A DNA stretch of 64,000 nucleotides, taken from NCBI GenBank assembly GCA_951406725.2, contig OX597829.1, positions 7,688,001 to 7,752,000 on the forward strand. The letters are read 5' to 3'. Shown in pieces: positions 39,751 to 53,706 of the stretch. Both the position numbers and the translations under genes were made by a program. Below the pieces are notes generated by a model. That model was not told the DNA's origin. It worked only from the letters and a program-made list of their open reading frames with translations, and did no database searches. Every line of letters begins with the position of its first letter. Within the stretch, counting starts at the first letter, position 1. Source of the stretch: Octopus vulgaris. Taxonomy: Eukaryota.

Positions 39751-42700
39751 ATTGCATTATGTTACAATGATCAAATGTATGGAGTTGGACAGATGGCAAG
39801 ACTTTTTTTACAAGTGCATTGAAAGGAAATAGATAGAAAGCAAATGGCAGAGAGAGAGAAGAGAGAGAGAAAAGAAAAGAGAAACAGAGAGGAGATAGGA
39901 TCATATCATTAATGGTGGAGGTCTAATTAAAATTATACATTTATATAAATGAACTGGCACTGTTCAAGAAAACAAAAACTGTATTGTGTTTGCTGTTAGA
40001 AAAGAAATAACATATTTTACATGCATGCGCACATATATACATATTTAAAAAAATTAAAACAGCAACCAAATTAAAATACAACTGACCACATACTGTGAGG
40101 CACAACAAGGCAAAATAAGCTCCATTGTGGAAATGAGCTGCCTTCTGGACACCAATATGGTCAGAGAAATACAAGAGAAAGAGAACATGTACGGACCATT
40201 AACAAGGAGTTTCCACAGCCAAGATTCACTTGCATCTTGACATTTATTTTTGTTGCAGCAGGATTCATGCCAATACAACAAAAGCAAAATATGACTGAAC
40301 TTAGGTACTTGTGGAGGAGATAAAGCACCTCTTTAATTCATACAAAGGATCATGAGATCTTCTAAAGATCTAATGGAAGATGAACAAAAAAGATGCTTTC
40401 TTTTACGACCATACTCCGAAGCAGGTGGTTGCGTATGCATGTGTGCATACATACATGCATTGTTTCAAAGTTGTACTTGCTTGGAAAGTGCTCCAACATG
40501 AGTAAATGTGTACATGTAGGTATGTGTTTGTACTGATAGAAAAGTAACGTGAATGAATCTATATGAAAAAGCATAAGAGAAAGCGTACATCTATGAATGT
40601 ATGTGTATTTATGAAAATGTAAACGTGTATGGATGCTGGTGACTGAGTATGGAAGAGTGTCTAGTAAAAATGAGGTTTAAGAGTACATTATAAATGCCTG
40701 CAAGTAAATATGTATGCACAGGAATATATGGGTGTAAAATGCCCATGAATGGTGTGTGTGTGTGGAAGTATACATGTACAAATCACATGTTTAAATCTAT
40801 ACATAAATATGTTTGAGATTAAGATAATCCACATTCATTACACAAGTTGTAAGTGTACCCTTACATCTTGTTATTTTTGGTTAGTTACAAATATTGTAAC
40901 ATGATGATAATGCTGTAACCAAGAATTTTAATCCATTCAGATACACATAGTTGATACTTTTCTCCAAATAATGAAAATAAAATAAGAAATGTACCCATTT
41001 GAAAACCACCCACAAATCTGAACGTAAACGATATCTATAAAACATTTCTTCACAATATTTCATTTCATTGAAGGTGTCCTTGCATTTAGAAGCTGTTGAC
41101 ACAGAAAATTGACATTCAAGATACTGTCTGAGAGGTATGTCTGTTGTATGCTTCTTTCTCTTGAACATAGATAAAGAGAGAGAGGGGGGGATGGGGAGAG
41201 ACAGAATAAATTTTGTCAGATTCTGCAAGATGTGTGTGTGTGTGTGTGTATACATAGAAATTTACATGTTTATGTGTATGTGTGAGAGAAAACTGACAAA
41301 AACAAATTTTATATATAACACAAATTCTCTCTCTCCCTCTTTCACTAGCATATACGCACACATATATTCAAGCACTACTTATACAAATGTGCATATAACT
41401 GTGTATATGTAAATAAATAATGTGCATGTGTGTATACACACACACACACACACACAAATACATGCGCATATATCACAAATAAACCCCTAGAACCATATCT
41501 TTTGCGTCTATGCTCGTGCACCTAATCTGCTGCGCTTGATGTCTCTTCTCCCGCATCTTCCTAACATCCTATCTCCATCAATATTCTCACTATGACACTA
41601 TTCACTCAGCTATTGCAATTATATCAGAGTAGGACTGAACATATTTTATCCCTTTCTTACACTCACACTCATTAGAGCAATTTGTTTCTCACTTCCATCC
41701 CATAGAATCTTAATTTCCACTAAATGCCCCTTTCACCTCCAATCTTCCCCTTTACACTCTCTCATGAGAGAACAATGGTATATCCCCACCACTTATGTTC
41801 ATCATGCACTATTTCCACCCCTCTTTATCACTGACTTTGTCCCTGACACTGTGTAGCTCTGTAACACTACCAACACTGCAAATCATCTGAGCTGCCATCT
41901 ATCACTTTCCTTCCCCAATCTTATTTCCTCCACCTTTCTACCTCTCAACTGATATTTACCATTGACCACACCTCTGTCCACTAAATTCACCTCTGTTACC
42001 ATCTCTATTCATCTGCTACTCTCCTTTTCATACTCTTACAATTTTACCAAACCTCTGGATCACATCTCTTATGCTCACCATCTCTCCTTTTCCCAGCTGG
42101 AGTAACAATGCACCTTTTGTACTGCAAGACAGCTGTTTCTGCCTCTCATCGTCAAGCATAAAGCCACCTCCCTTAATATTACACCCCTACATGCATTAAG
42201 GAACCTTGTCATGCAAATTACCACAGCCAGTGTTATGAAAAATGAATCCAGTGCAGTCTGTTATTAGGAAGGACACCGAGTGGAAGAACCCCTGCCAAAG
42301 CAGACATTGGAGCTTTACACAGTCTTCTAGCTTGTTGGTTCCTGCTAAACCAGCCATCCCATTCCTGTATGGAAAACGAACATTAAACAATGATAATCCC
42401 TCATACACATTATCATCTACAATTTTTCTAACACAGTTTCAATGAAAATAATTAAAACTTCTATAATTCATGAATTTTGATTTGAGTTTCAAACCATTTC
42501 AAAGACAAATTAAGTTGGCTCATGATTTAAAAGAAATTTTATACTCAGGAAATGTTCTTAATCTCCTTGGGACTCCTGGGCTCATTGATCAGCCCAATAA
42601 AATAAACATTTTGATGTATAATAACCTCTCAGAGGTCGTCTTTCAGTAGATGTAATGTAACACTATATAATATAGTTTTACATACAGATGAAAGAGTTTT

Positions 42701-45700
42701 AGACATTTTATCCTTTCTATTCTACATGCACGCAAAAATTTCAAGCTCAAAAGGAAAAACATTTTGGTATTTTTTTGGCCATACATTCCAAAACAATGAG
42801 AGTCTCAAAAGGGTTAATAAAGAGGAAATTGATTACTATTTCATGTTCCTGGAATTTCTCTTCATGAAGAAAGATTTGATGAATAACAAAATTGCTACTC
42901 AGTGCTAACTTAATCCCAACCAACACAAGGAGTGCTTTACTGCTGAAGCACATGTAAAACTTAATGGAGTACCAAAAATGTTAATTATTCTCATTGTTTG
43001 TCATCTAAATTCTTATCTGTTTAAATATACTTCAACCAATAACCATCTTATTTATGCTATAAACTTCTACTTCAAATGTTATATTCCTTAATTGGCATTT
43101 TGCTGGTCATAAGAAATAAAGGTATTTTAGGGTGCTCTGCAGGGCCATTATATTTACTTCATTAGATACACCTCAAGCTGGTGAACCAAAGTAGTGTAGA
43201 AACACTTCTAGGATTACCCCAATTCCAAATATGTATTTTTGTTGGGAGAAGACATTAATGGTGCTTAGTCTATAAGCCAGGAAGACATGCAGCCACACAC
43301 ACATAGAAATTCACATTTGTATGAATGTATGCTTGTGCATTACATTTTGTGTGTGTGTTGGTAGGGTCTGTACTTTCATTTTATTTTGTGAGTGTTATCT
43401 CTATTCTATAAGCCCAGAAGCAATGTGGATACAAGCATATGCAGAGAAATTCATATTTATTAGTATGGATATTGTGAATGTGGAACCTAACATAGTTTAT
43501 ATGCAGAGTATTTCTCATTTAAATTATTAGCTGTAAAGAGATGGATATTTCTGAATGGTTAACAGCTACTATACAGCACTCACACTTATTCATAGACAAC
43601 CATCTCCAGTACTGTTTGGTGTGCCTACTTTCCTGAACCCCCCAACCATTCTTGGACAATCTCATTCCCTTAACTCCTTCAAACCCAAACTAAAATGGTA
43701 AGCACGATTCAGGCAAAATATGTTAGAAAATACTCTTAAGCCCTTGTGTTTAGGAAACCTTTCTTGTGGAAAAAAAAAAGCCCAGTCCTTCCTTTAAAAT
43801 GTCTAACAAGAGTAACAGTATCTGGTTGTAAGAAATCTGGCCAATAACAATAACATACGTAACAAAAGATTGGATTTTCTTTTGATGACAGCAACAGATG
43901 CTAAAGAAGATTGATAGGTGGCAAGACAAAAGATAGATGGTGAGACAAAAGACTGTTGAGTGATGAGATGAAACAATGGTGAATGATGAGACAAACTATA
44001 GCTGATAATTTGGAAAGAAGAAGTATGGCGGCATGTGGTATGATGAACTAAAGGATGATGACAGGTGGCATGGAAAGAGGAATGACACCTGATATATGGT
44101 GGTGGAGAAAAACAAAGGACTGTGACAATATGTGGAGCAATGTGAGGAATTCTGGGTGATTACACAGTGGACCATATTAGGTGGTATAGTGTACTTGTTT
44201 AAGAGGGAAGTAACTCTGAGTAAGAACACAGATTAGAGGAAACACTTCAGTCCTGCTCATATGGAGCAACTACTCTACTGCTGATGGCACAATGAAATAC
44301 ACCCGTTATAATCTATAAAAGAGAGAAAAGCTACTGACTGGAAGAGCACCAAGTCATAGAAAAAATGGCAAAAAATGGAATGTAAGCATGAGACATGGGC
44401 TCTGCCAGCTGCAGCACATGCTAACCATGAAGAAATTCAAACAAAAATGAATATGAAGCTATGACAAACTGCTGAACCTATGACAGCTTAAAAACAAAAA
44501 CATAAAAAAAGGATGTGATGATGATGATGATTATGACGACGATGATGATGATAGGGGTAATGGTGATAATGGTGGTGGTGGTGGTGGTAGTGATAATGAT
44601 GGTGCTAATCTCTCCTGCCCACATCAGATTAGCTACTTTCTCAACACACTTATGTTAATTACCTTAGCTTCCATGCCAGTTAAAATTCCATGCTGCAACA
44701 GATAATAGTTAATTTGTTCTACTCTAAATGTTCAACCTCTGCACTCACCATATTTCATTGTCATATGGCCTAGATATTTAACATGTCTAATATCACTTGC
44801 CACTCACATGTTGAGAAATGTTTTGTTACTAAATAGAAGTTACAGTTTTCCACTCCTTTAATTCCCTAGCCGTTCACTCCACCCTATAATATGATCCAAA
44901 TCCAGTATTCTTATAAGGTGTCCTTAAATTTCTTCGCAGTAAGCTTACTCCAAGCTACCATTAAGTTCTTAATGGTAGAGCCTTACTGGAAAGATCATTT
45001 TTATGATACCATGCCTTTCTAATGTTAATATTTATGCACTGGCCATGATCAACTTGTGGATTTTCTTTTTCCTTTATATAAATAGCAACTGCGACAAATA
45101 GCTTAACCCTTTAGTATTCAGAATACTCTGTCAAGTATAATGTTCATTTATTCACATTGTTTTCAATTAACCATGTTTATCTTGTAACTTTGAGATGTTA
45201 ATGTGATTGCTTATTTTTAGAATAATATTGTAAAGTAGGTGCAAGAGGTGCAGTCTGGCCTGTTTGAAAATAAAACAGACAGAATATTTGGGCCAGATAT
45301 GGTCAGTTTAAATGCTAATGAGCTAACAGTAATGCAGTTAAAAAAAAAAAAGATGAGATTAAAAGGGGATGATAACCATTTGTAATTATTAACTTATAGT
45401 GTGAGCAGGTCAACATATACACAGTCAGTTATATAGCATCCAGTATAAATATCACTAGCTTTATAGTGTAGGTAGTACAATATATATATATATATATATA
45501 TATATACAAAGCAATATATACATTATCATATATATATATAACAATATATACATTATCATATATATATATAACAATATATACATTATCATATATATATAAC
45601 AACATATAACAATCATCATTATCATCATCGTTCAGCGTCCGCTTTCCATGCTAGCATGGGTTAACAACATATAACAATACACATATATAACAAAGGGTAA

Positions 45701-45783
45701 AATTAATTTATTAAGAAGTAATCAATAATTTCACCAAGTAGAATTCGGCAGGAAAAAGGACCATTTCACGGTAAACTTTTGTA

Positions 45784-46239
45784 ATACTTTATAATTAGGG
45801 TTCAGCAAAGATTTGCTTTACTACATACCGAAGTTTAGAAATAGCAGTCAAAAAATCTTAGCTATTTCTTCTACTTTAAAAAGGGACTCTGAATATGATC
45901 TGTCTGATACCATTAGGTGGAGAGATATATTCAATTCTTCCAGTGCCTTTGAATTTAATATTGTTGGAGTCCCATGCTGATGAGCGAAAATGGTTGGGTA
46001 AAGTATAATTCTATATTCTTTATACCGATCTAATTCCAAAACTCACGTACATGGGTGACCAGATATGGATTGATTTTCGTTATTTTTCCTCTCTGCCTGC
46101 GTGGATTGTTTTCAAGTATTTTGGTTTTTCTGGGAGTCCCTTTTTAAAGTAGTAGAAATAGCTAAGATTTTTTGACTGCTATTTCTAAACTTCGGTATGT
46201 GGTAAAGCAAATCTTTGCTGAACCCTAATTATAAAGTAT
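45784..46239. repeat. Inverted repeat, 106-bp arms (45784-45889 / 46134-46239), 2 mismatches, 244-bp spacer
   Basis: Direct complementarity read from the sequence. Confidence 0.9.
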
Positions 46240-46260
46240 ATATATATATATATATATATA

Positions 46261-47107
46261 CTAGCAGAATTGCCCGGCGTTGCTCGGGGCTGAATTGCTT
46301 GAAAGTACTGTTAATGATTACACTGAATTATGATGATTATTCAGGCAAATATTGATATAAGTTTACGCTGGGAGATAAGGACTTAACGATCAAACGTGTG
46401 CCATTGCATTGTTTTGGGGGAACCAAATTTCTGATGAGCATTATAGGGGCACCAACTTTAAGTTTGAGAATGTGTGGTGTTAGTCCGGGGTGCTCAAAGG
46501 AATTGAGTACCTCTGTTGGATAGTTGATGACGTCCTCTGGGTCAGGAGTTGTATCGATAGACTGATATACATAGACTTCCCCAGGAATGAGTTTTAGCAT
46601 TTCATCATTAATATGGTGAACAGTTTTATTCCTCGGGGCCAGTATAGCCTTTTTGCCAATCCAATCCATATTCTGATAATTAGCTTGTAGATCTGGGAAC
46701 ACTGCATCTCTGAGATCAGAAGGCGTCTTAACAATGGTACAAATGGAATCGATGGCAATATTACCATTTTCATCCCCTGGTATTTTGCCTTCGCCAAGTG
46801 CAAGGAGGGTGTGAGGAAATGCTGCTGATGTGATATTACGTCGCATATGAGCACACATATTGGTGTGAAGTTTGAGAGTTACTTCCCTTTATTAAAAAAA
46901 ATATGCATTAAAATGGGAGAAAATGATGGTAAATTATTTGTAAAATCGTAGACTCATCGTAGACGCGCGCTAATACCCAGAAGGGCTCGATATGAATCAC
47001 GACTATAAGATACTCGGTTTTGGTTAAACTGCATCGCAAAATGTGGGAGTAGTTAGGAATCTAAATCGGAGTAGACAGACACACAACCTTTCTTTTATGT
47101 ATAAAGA
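46261..47107 (-). mobile_element. Non-autonomous Helitron with a PIF1 helicase fragment; possibly extends to a second 5' end at 48207
   Basis: Minus: A|TCTTTATACATAAAAG ... GC hairpin cccgagcaacgccggg, then CTAG|T. ORF 46337-46858 has AILAPRN and LKLKVGAPIMLIRNL..CNGTRL. Confidence 0.9.
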
Positions 47108-48599
47108 TTTTCGTCCGTCCTAAAAAACTTTGTGCGGAGTGAATGGTTACTTCTATGGAAATATATACACACACATTATACATACATGTGTGTATAGATG
47201 AATATATAAGTACATTTAAATATCTATATACACTTTTGGGAGATCTTTCTGCTACTTGGATATACTTTAGATCTTATATTCGTCCAATTCGTCCTAAATA
47301 ACTTTGTATGGAGTGAATGGTTACCTCTATGGAAATATATACACACACATTATACATACATGTGTGTGTCTATATACACTTTTATGAAATATATACACAC
47401 ACATTATACATACTGTCTATATACACTTTGGGCACTGCTACTTAGAGATAACTTTAGATGTTAGGTGATCTAGCAAAAAGGATGACCAGTTTGACTTGCT
47501 CATCCCTGTCACACACTCACACACATGCACACACACACACAGACACACACGCACTCTCACACACACACAGACGCACACACACACACACACGTTAGCTTAC
47601 AATTTTATTTATATATTTGCGTGTCTATGTGTGTAAAGAGGAAGTGGGAGTAATATGCAGAGTGAAATGGTAAAATATTTAGTTTTCTCGAATTTTTTCT
47701 GAAATGGGGGTGAAATTGAAATTTTGTATGCCATGACCGAATGAAAGTACTTTGAAAAATCATAGGTAAACTCTAATTGAAGAAATCGTTATGTATTTAT
47801 TTGTTTCTGTTTGCTGTGTTGTTTTTTTTTTTGAGTAGTGGTTTAAGGTACACTTCTCTCGTTTTATATAAATACTTTCATTTTAATCGTTGCACACTTG
47901 CAAAGAGAAAGGAGGAGAAATTAGGGTGATAGCATCAGTGAAGCAGTTCGCTCCGTTTTGTGTGTGTGTGTGCGTGTGTGTGTGCTGTAGCCCACACTAA
48001 GAAAAGCACTTGACTTACACACCACAATGTGAGTTTTCTCTAAATTTTGCTTAATTGGGGTTGAAATTTGAAAAACCGGACCTGGCACGACCCGATGCAT
48101 TCTACTCTTAAAAATGCTAGGTAAATTGTAATTGAAGAAATCCTATATTGTAGATTTCTATGAGAGACAAAGGGAGGCAGTTAAAATCTGCCTTTTATAA
48201 TAAGAGATATATATATTACAATATACATATATATACATTTATATATATTACAATATACATATATATACATTTATATATATTACAATATACATATATATAT
48301 ATTACAATATACATATATATATATATTACAATATACATATATATACATATATATATATATTACGTAGGCACGTAAAAAACACCCACTACACTCGCGGAGT
48401 GGTTGGCGTTAGGAAGGGCATCCAGCCGTAGAAACACTGCCAGATCTGACTGGGCTTGACGAAGCCTTCCAGCTTCACAGACCCCAGTTGACCCGTCCAA
48501 CCCATGCTAGCATGGAAAGCGGACGCTAAATGATGATGATGATGATGATGATTACAATATACATATATATTACAATGTACATATATATACATATATATA

Positions 48600-48826
48600 T
48601 ATATATTACAATGTGCATAGATATACATATATATATATTACAATGTACATATATATATATATATATACATATATATATACTCTTTTCTTTTACTCTTTTA
48701 CTTGTTTCAGTCATTTGACTGCGGCCATGCTGGAGCACCGCCTTTAGTCGAGCAAATCGACCCTGGGACTTATTCTATCGGTTTCTTTTGCCGAACCGCT
48801 AAGTGACGGTGACAAACACAGACACA

Positions 48827-48886
<60 letters not shown>

Positions 48887-50183
48887 TATAGATATATATA
48901 TATGCATATATACGACAGGCTTCTTTCAGTTTCCGTCTACCAAATCCACTCACAAGGCATTGGTCGGCCCGAGGCTATAGCAGAAGACACTTGCCCAAGA
49001 TGCCACGCAGTGGGACTGAACCCGGAACCATGTGGTTGGTTAGCAAGCTACTTACCACACAGCCACTCCTGTGCCTACAATATACATATATATATATATT
49101 ACAATATACATAAATTATTAGAGAGTTAACCACTATGTGGATAACTCTAGTGCTAAAAATAGCTCCGAAGCAACTACAGAAGATCTGTTTCCAACTAGAA
49201 TCAACATACATTTAACGGAAGGAAAGTGAAATACAACGAATAAAATAGATTGACCCTGTACAATTGTTTCATTACTAATGTAATATGTAGTTTTACTTAC
49301 ACATACATCTATAAATCTTCGGCAGAGTTTGTCTCAAATGCAATTAATTGGATCGATTCGAGCGTCAAAAACACGGGCGGTCCAACGAATTACATTTTTA
49401 GTTATGTCTCAAATTCCGCGCCAAAAGCATGCCAAGACTCCATTGGAAACGTATGCCGCATCAAATAAAATATTTACTGCCGCATAGTTAAATTTATAAT
49501 TTTATAAATGAGGGTGAAAAATCGATATTAATTTAATAATACCATTAATTTAACACCGAGTGGCTTAGCACAAAAACTACGTAGAAAATACAAATTTTAA
49601 ATTAATATCGATTTTTCACCCTCATTTATAAAATTATAAATTTAACTATGCGGCAGTAAATATTTTATTTGATGCGGCATATGTTTCCAATGGAGTCTTG
49701 GCATGCTTTTGGCGCGGAATTTGAGATATAACTAAAAATGTAATTCATTGGACCGCCCGTGTTTTTGACGCTCGAATCGATCCAATTAATTGCATTTGAG
49801 ACAAACTCTGCCGAAGATTTATAGATGTATGTGTAAGTAAAACTACATATTACATTAGTAATGAAACAATTGTACAGGGTCAATCTATTTTATTCGTTGT
49901 ATTTCACTTTCCTTCCGTTAAATGTATGTTGATTCTAGTTGGAAACAGATCTTCTGTAGTTGCTTCGGAGCTATTTTTAGCACTAGAGTTATCCACATAG
50001 TGGTTAACTCTCTAATAATTTATGTATTACAATATACATATATATACATATATAAATATATACATATATATACATATATACACATATATATATACATATA
50101 TATATTACAATATACATATATATACATATATATATACATATATACATATATATACATATATATATATATATACATATATATAC

Positions 50184-50236
<53 letters not shown>

Positions 50237-50557
50237 CATATATACATATATATACATATATACATATATATACATATATATATACATATATATATACATA
50301 TATATATACATATATATATATACATATATATATATATTACAATGTGCATAGATATACATATATATATATTACAATGTACATATATATATATATATATACA
50401 TATATATATACTCTTTTCTTTTACTCTTTTACTTGTTTCAGTCATTTGACTGCGGCCATGCTGGAGCACCGCCTTTAGTCGAGCAAATCGACCCTGGGAC
50501 TTATTCTATCGGTTTCTTTTGCCGAACCGCTAAGTGACGGTGACAAACACAGACACA

Positions 50558-50607
<50 letters not shown>

Positions 50608-51890
50608 TATAGATATATATATATGCATATATACGACAGGCTTCTTTCAGTTTCCGTCTACCAAATCCACTCACAAGGCATTGGTCGGCCCGAGGCTATA
50701 GCAGAAGACACTTGCCCAAGATGCCACGCAGTGGGACTGAACCCGGAACCATGTGGTTGGTTAGCAAGCTACTTACCACACAGCCACTCCTGTGCCTACA
50801 ATATACATATATATATATATTACAATATACATAAATTATTAGAGAGTTAACCACTATGTGGATAACTCTAGTGCTAAAAATAGCTCCGAAGCAACTACAG
50901 AAGATCTGTTTCCAACTAGAATCAACATACATTTAACGGAAGGAAAGTGAAATACAACGAATAAAATAGATTGACCCTGTACAATTGTTTCATTACTAAT
51001 GTAATATGTAGTTTTACTTACACATACATCTATAAATCTTCGGCAGAGTTTGTCTCAAATGCAATTAATTGGATCGATTCGAGCGTCAAAAACACGGGCG
51101 GTCCAACGAATTACATTTTTAGTTATGTCTCAAATTCCGCGCCAAAAGCATGCCAAGACTCCATTGGAAACGTATGCCGCATCAAATAAAATATTTACTG
51201 CCGCATAGTTAAATTTATAATTTTATAAATGAGGGTGAAAAATCGATATTAATTTAATAATACCATTAATTTAACACCGAGTGGCTTAGCACAAAAACTA
51301 CGTAGAAAATACAAATTTTAAATTAATATCGATTTTTCACCCTCATTTATAAAATTATAAATTTAACTATGCGGCAGTAAATATTTTATTTGATGCGGCA
51401 TATGTTTCCAATGGAGTCTTGGCATGCTTTTGGCGCGGAATTTGAGACATAACTAAAAATGTAATTCATTGGACCGCCCGTGTTTTTGACGCTCGAATCG
51501 ATCCAATTAATTGCATTTGAGACAAACTCTGCCGAAGATTTATAGATGTATGTCTAAGTAAAACTACATATTACATTAGTAATGAAACAATTGTACAGGG
51601 TCAATCTATTTTATTCGTTGTATTTCACTTTCCTTCCGTTAAATGTATGTTGATTCTAGTTGGAAACAGATCTTCTGTAGTTGCTTCGGAGCTATTTTTA
51701 GCACTAGAGTTATCCACATAGTGGTTAACTCTCTAATAATTTATGTATTACAATATACATATATATACATATATAAATATATACATATATATACATATAT
51801 ACACATATATATATACATATATATATTACAATATACATATATATACATATATATATACATATATATACATATATAAATATATACATATAT
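48600..51890. repeat. Tandem duplication of a ~1.72-1.73-kb unit (SINE D + 922-bp foldback + TA microsatellite)
   Basis: Offset is 1731 at the SINE tail (48681 vs 50412) and 1721 after the internal TA tract (49250 vs 50971). Identical ORFs are repeated in the track. Confidence 0.95.
49106..50027. repeat. Foldback element: 431-bp inverted arms with a 60-bp spacer; second copy at 50827-51748
   Basis: Arms 49106-49536 and 49597-50027 are complementary, with 3 mismatches seen. Confidence 0.95.
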
Positions 51891-51914
51891 ATATTACAAT
51901 ATACATATATATAC

Positions 51915-51993
<79 letters not shown>

Positions 51994-52198
51994 CATATAT
52001 ATACATATATATATATACATAATATATATATATATATACATATATACATATATATACATATATACATATATATACATATATACATATATATACATATATA
52101 TATACATATATATACATATATATACATATATATATATACATATATATACATATATATATACATATATATACATATATATATACAATATATATATATAC

Positions 52199-52259
<61 letters not shown>

Positions 52260-52554
52260 CATATATATACATATATATATACATATATATATACATATAT
52301 ACATATATATACATAATATATATATATACATATACATATATATATACATATATATATACATATATATATACATATACATACATATATATATACATATATA
52401 TACATATACATACATATATATACACACATACATATATATACACACATATATATACACATATATACACACATATATATACACATATATACACATATATATA
52501 CACATATATATACACATATATATACACACATATATATACACATATATATATACA

Positions 52555-52589
<35 letters not shown>

Positions 52590-52624
52590 CATATATATAA
52601 CATATATATATACAATATATACAC

Positions 52625-52655
<31 letters not shown>

Positions 52656-52835
52656 CATATATATATACATATATATACACAATATATATACATATAATAT
52701 ACATATATATATACATATATATACATATATATATATACATATATATACATATATATACACATATATATACATATATATACACATATATACACATATATAT
52801 ACATATATATACATATATATACACATATATACATA

Positions 52836-52869
<34 letters not shown>
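51749..52869. repeat. ~1.1-kb (TA)n/TATATACA microsatellite
   Basis: Directly visible; source of the 285-406 aa YI-repeat ORFs. Confidence 0.97.
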
Positions 52870-52872
<3 letters not shown>

Positions 52873-53516
52873 GGTCGCGAGAATCATTAGCATGCCAGGC
52901 AAAAGTCTTAGCAGTATTTTGTCTGCCATTATATTCTGAGTTCAAATTCTGCTGAGGTCGACTTTACCTTTCATCCTTTTGGGGTTGATTAAATAAGTAA
53001 CAGTTACGTACTGGCGTCCATGTAATCAACTTAATCCTTTTGTCTATCCTTGTTTGCCCCTCTATATTTAGCTTCCTGTGGGCAATAAAGAAATAATTAT
53101 ATACATTACCAGCTGCATAGTGACAAAGATATAATATATACCACACAATTTATATAGTATCTAGTGTTTGAGGCATACACTCTAGCTGATATACAGAATG
53201 AATCACAAGTTCCTATCCATGAAATGTAATTCTTAAAAATTATATTTCGTCACATATATTTTATACATATATATACATATATATATATATTACTTTTATA
53301 TAATATCACTAATATCACTACTATATCCACTACTTTGTTTTCATCATCATCATCATCATCATTCATTTAGCGTCCGTTTTCCATGCTAGCATGGGTTGGA
53401 CGGTTCAACTGGGGTCTGGGGAGCCCGAAGGCTGCACCAGGCCAGTCAGATCTGGCAGTGTTTCTACAGCTGGATGCCCTTCCTCACGCCAACCACTCCG
53501 AGAGTGTAGTGGGTGA

Positions 53517-53706
53517 TTTTATGTGCCACCGACACAGGTGCCAGACGAGGCTGGCGAACGGCCACGCTCGGATGGTGTTTTTTATGAGCCACCGACACAG
53601 GTGCCAGACGAGGCTGGCAGACGGCCACGCTCGGATGGTGTTTTTATGTGCCACCGACACAGGTGCCAGATGAGGCTGGCGAACGGCCATGATCGGATGG
53701 TGTTTG
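53517..53706. repeat. Three tandem 62-63-bp units inside a family C element
   Basis: ttttatgtgccaccgacacaggtgccagacgaggctggcgaacggccacgctcggatggtg; the atg of each unit lies at 53521, 53584 and 53646. Confidence 0.9.

Noticed and set aside
42196-42230. GNLHDKV as the missing MICU3 exon end (FRNLxxKG)
   Set aside because: No phase-1 donor after K, no TPP/GS/FR upstream, and the ORF runs through a decayed family C repeat.
44955-44978. Small palindrome ctaccattaag-tt-cttaatggtag
   Set aside because: 11-bp arms with no supporting context; too short to interpret.
45970-46000. CTGATGAGCGAAA as a hammerhead
   Set aside because: Only 2 nt separate the core halves and there is no valid stem I or cleavage triplet.
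46337-46858. Host PIF1 helicase gene
   Set aside because: Intronless fragment bounded by Helitron TC and hairpin-CTAG termini.
49250-49883. 72-78 aa ORFs repeated on both strands
   Set aside because: A consequence of the inverted and tandem repeats; they start at non-ATG or repeat-derived codons and show no recognisable domain.
51725-52945. Long ORFs of 285-406 aa (and similar ones at 63-392, 15764-16234, 35034-35389, 49922-50469)
   Set aside because: Translations of TA/CA microsatellites (YI/CV/HT repeats) that simply lack stop codons.
53517-53706. CRISPR-like array
   Set aside because: Units are contiguous and near-identical with no unique spacers, lie inside a retroelement tail, and the context is eukaryotic.
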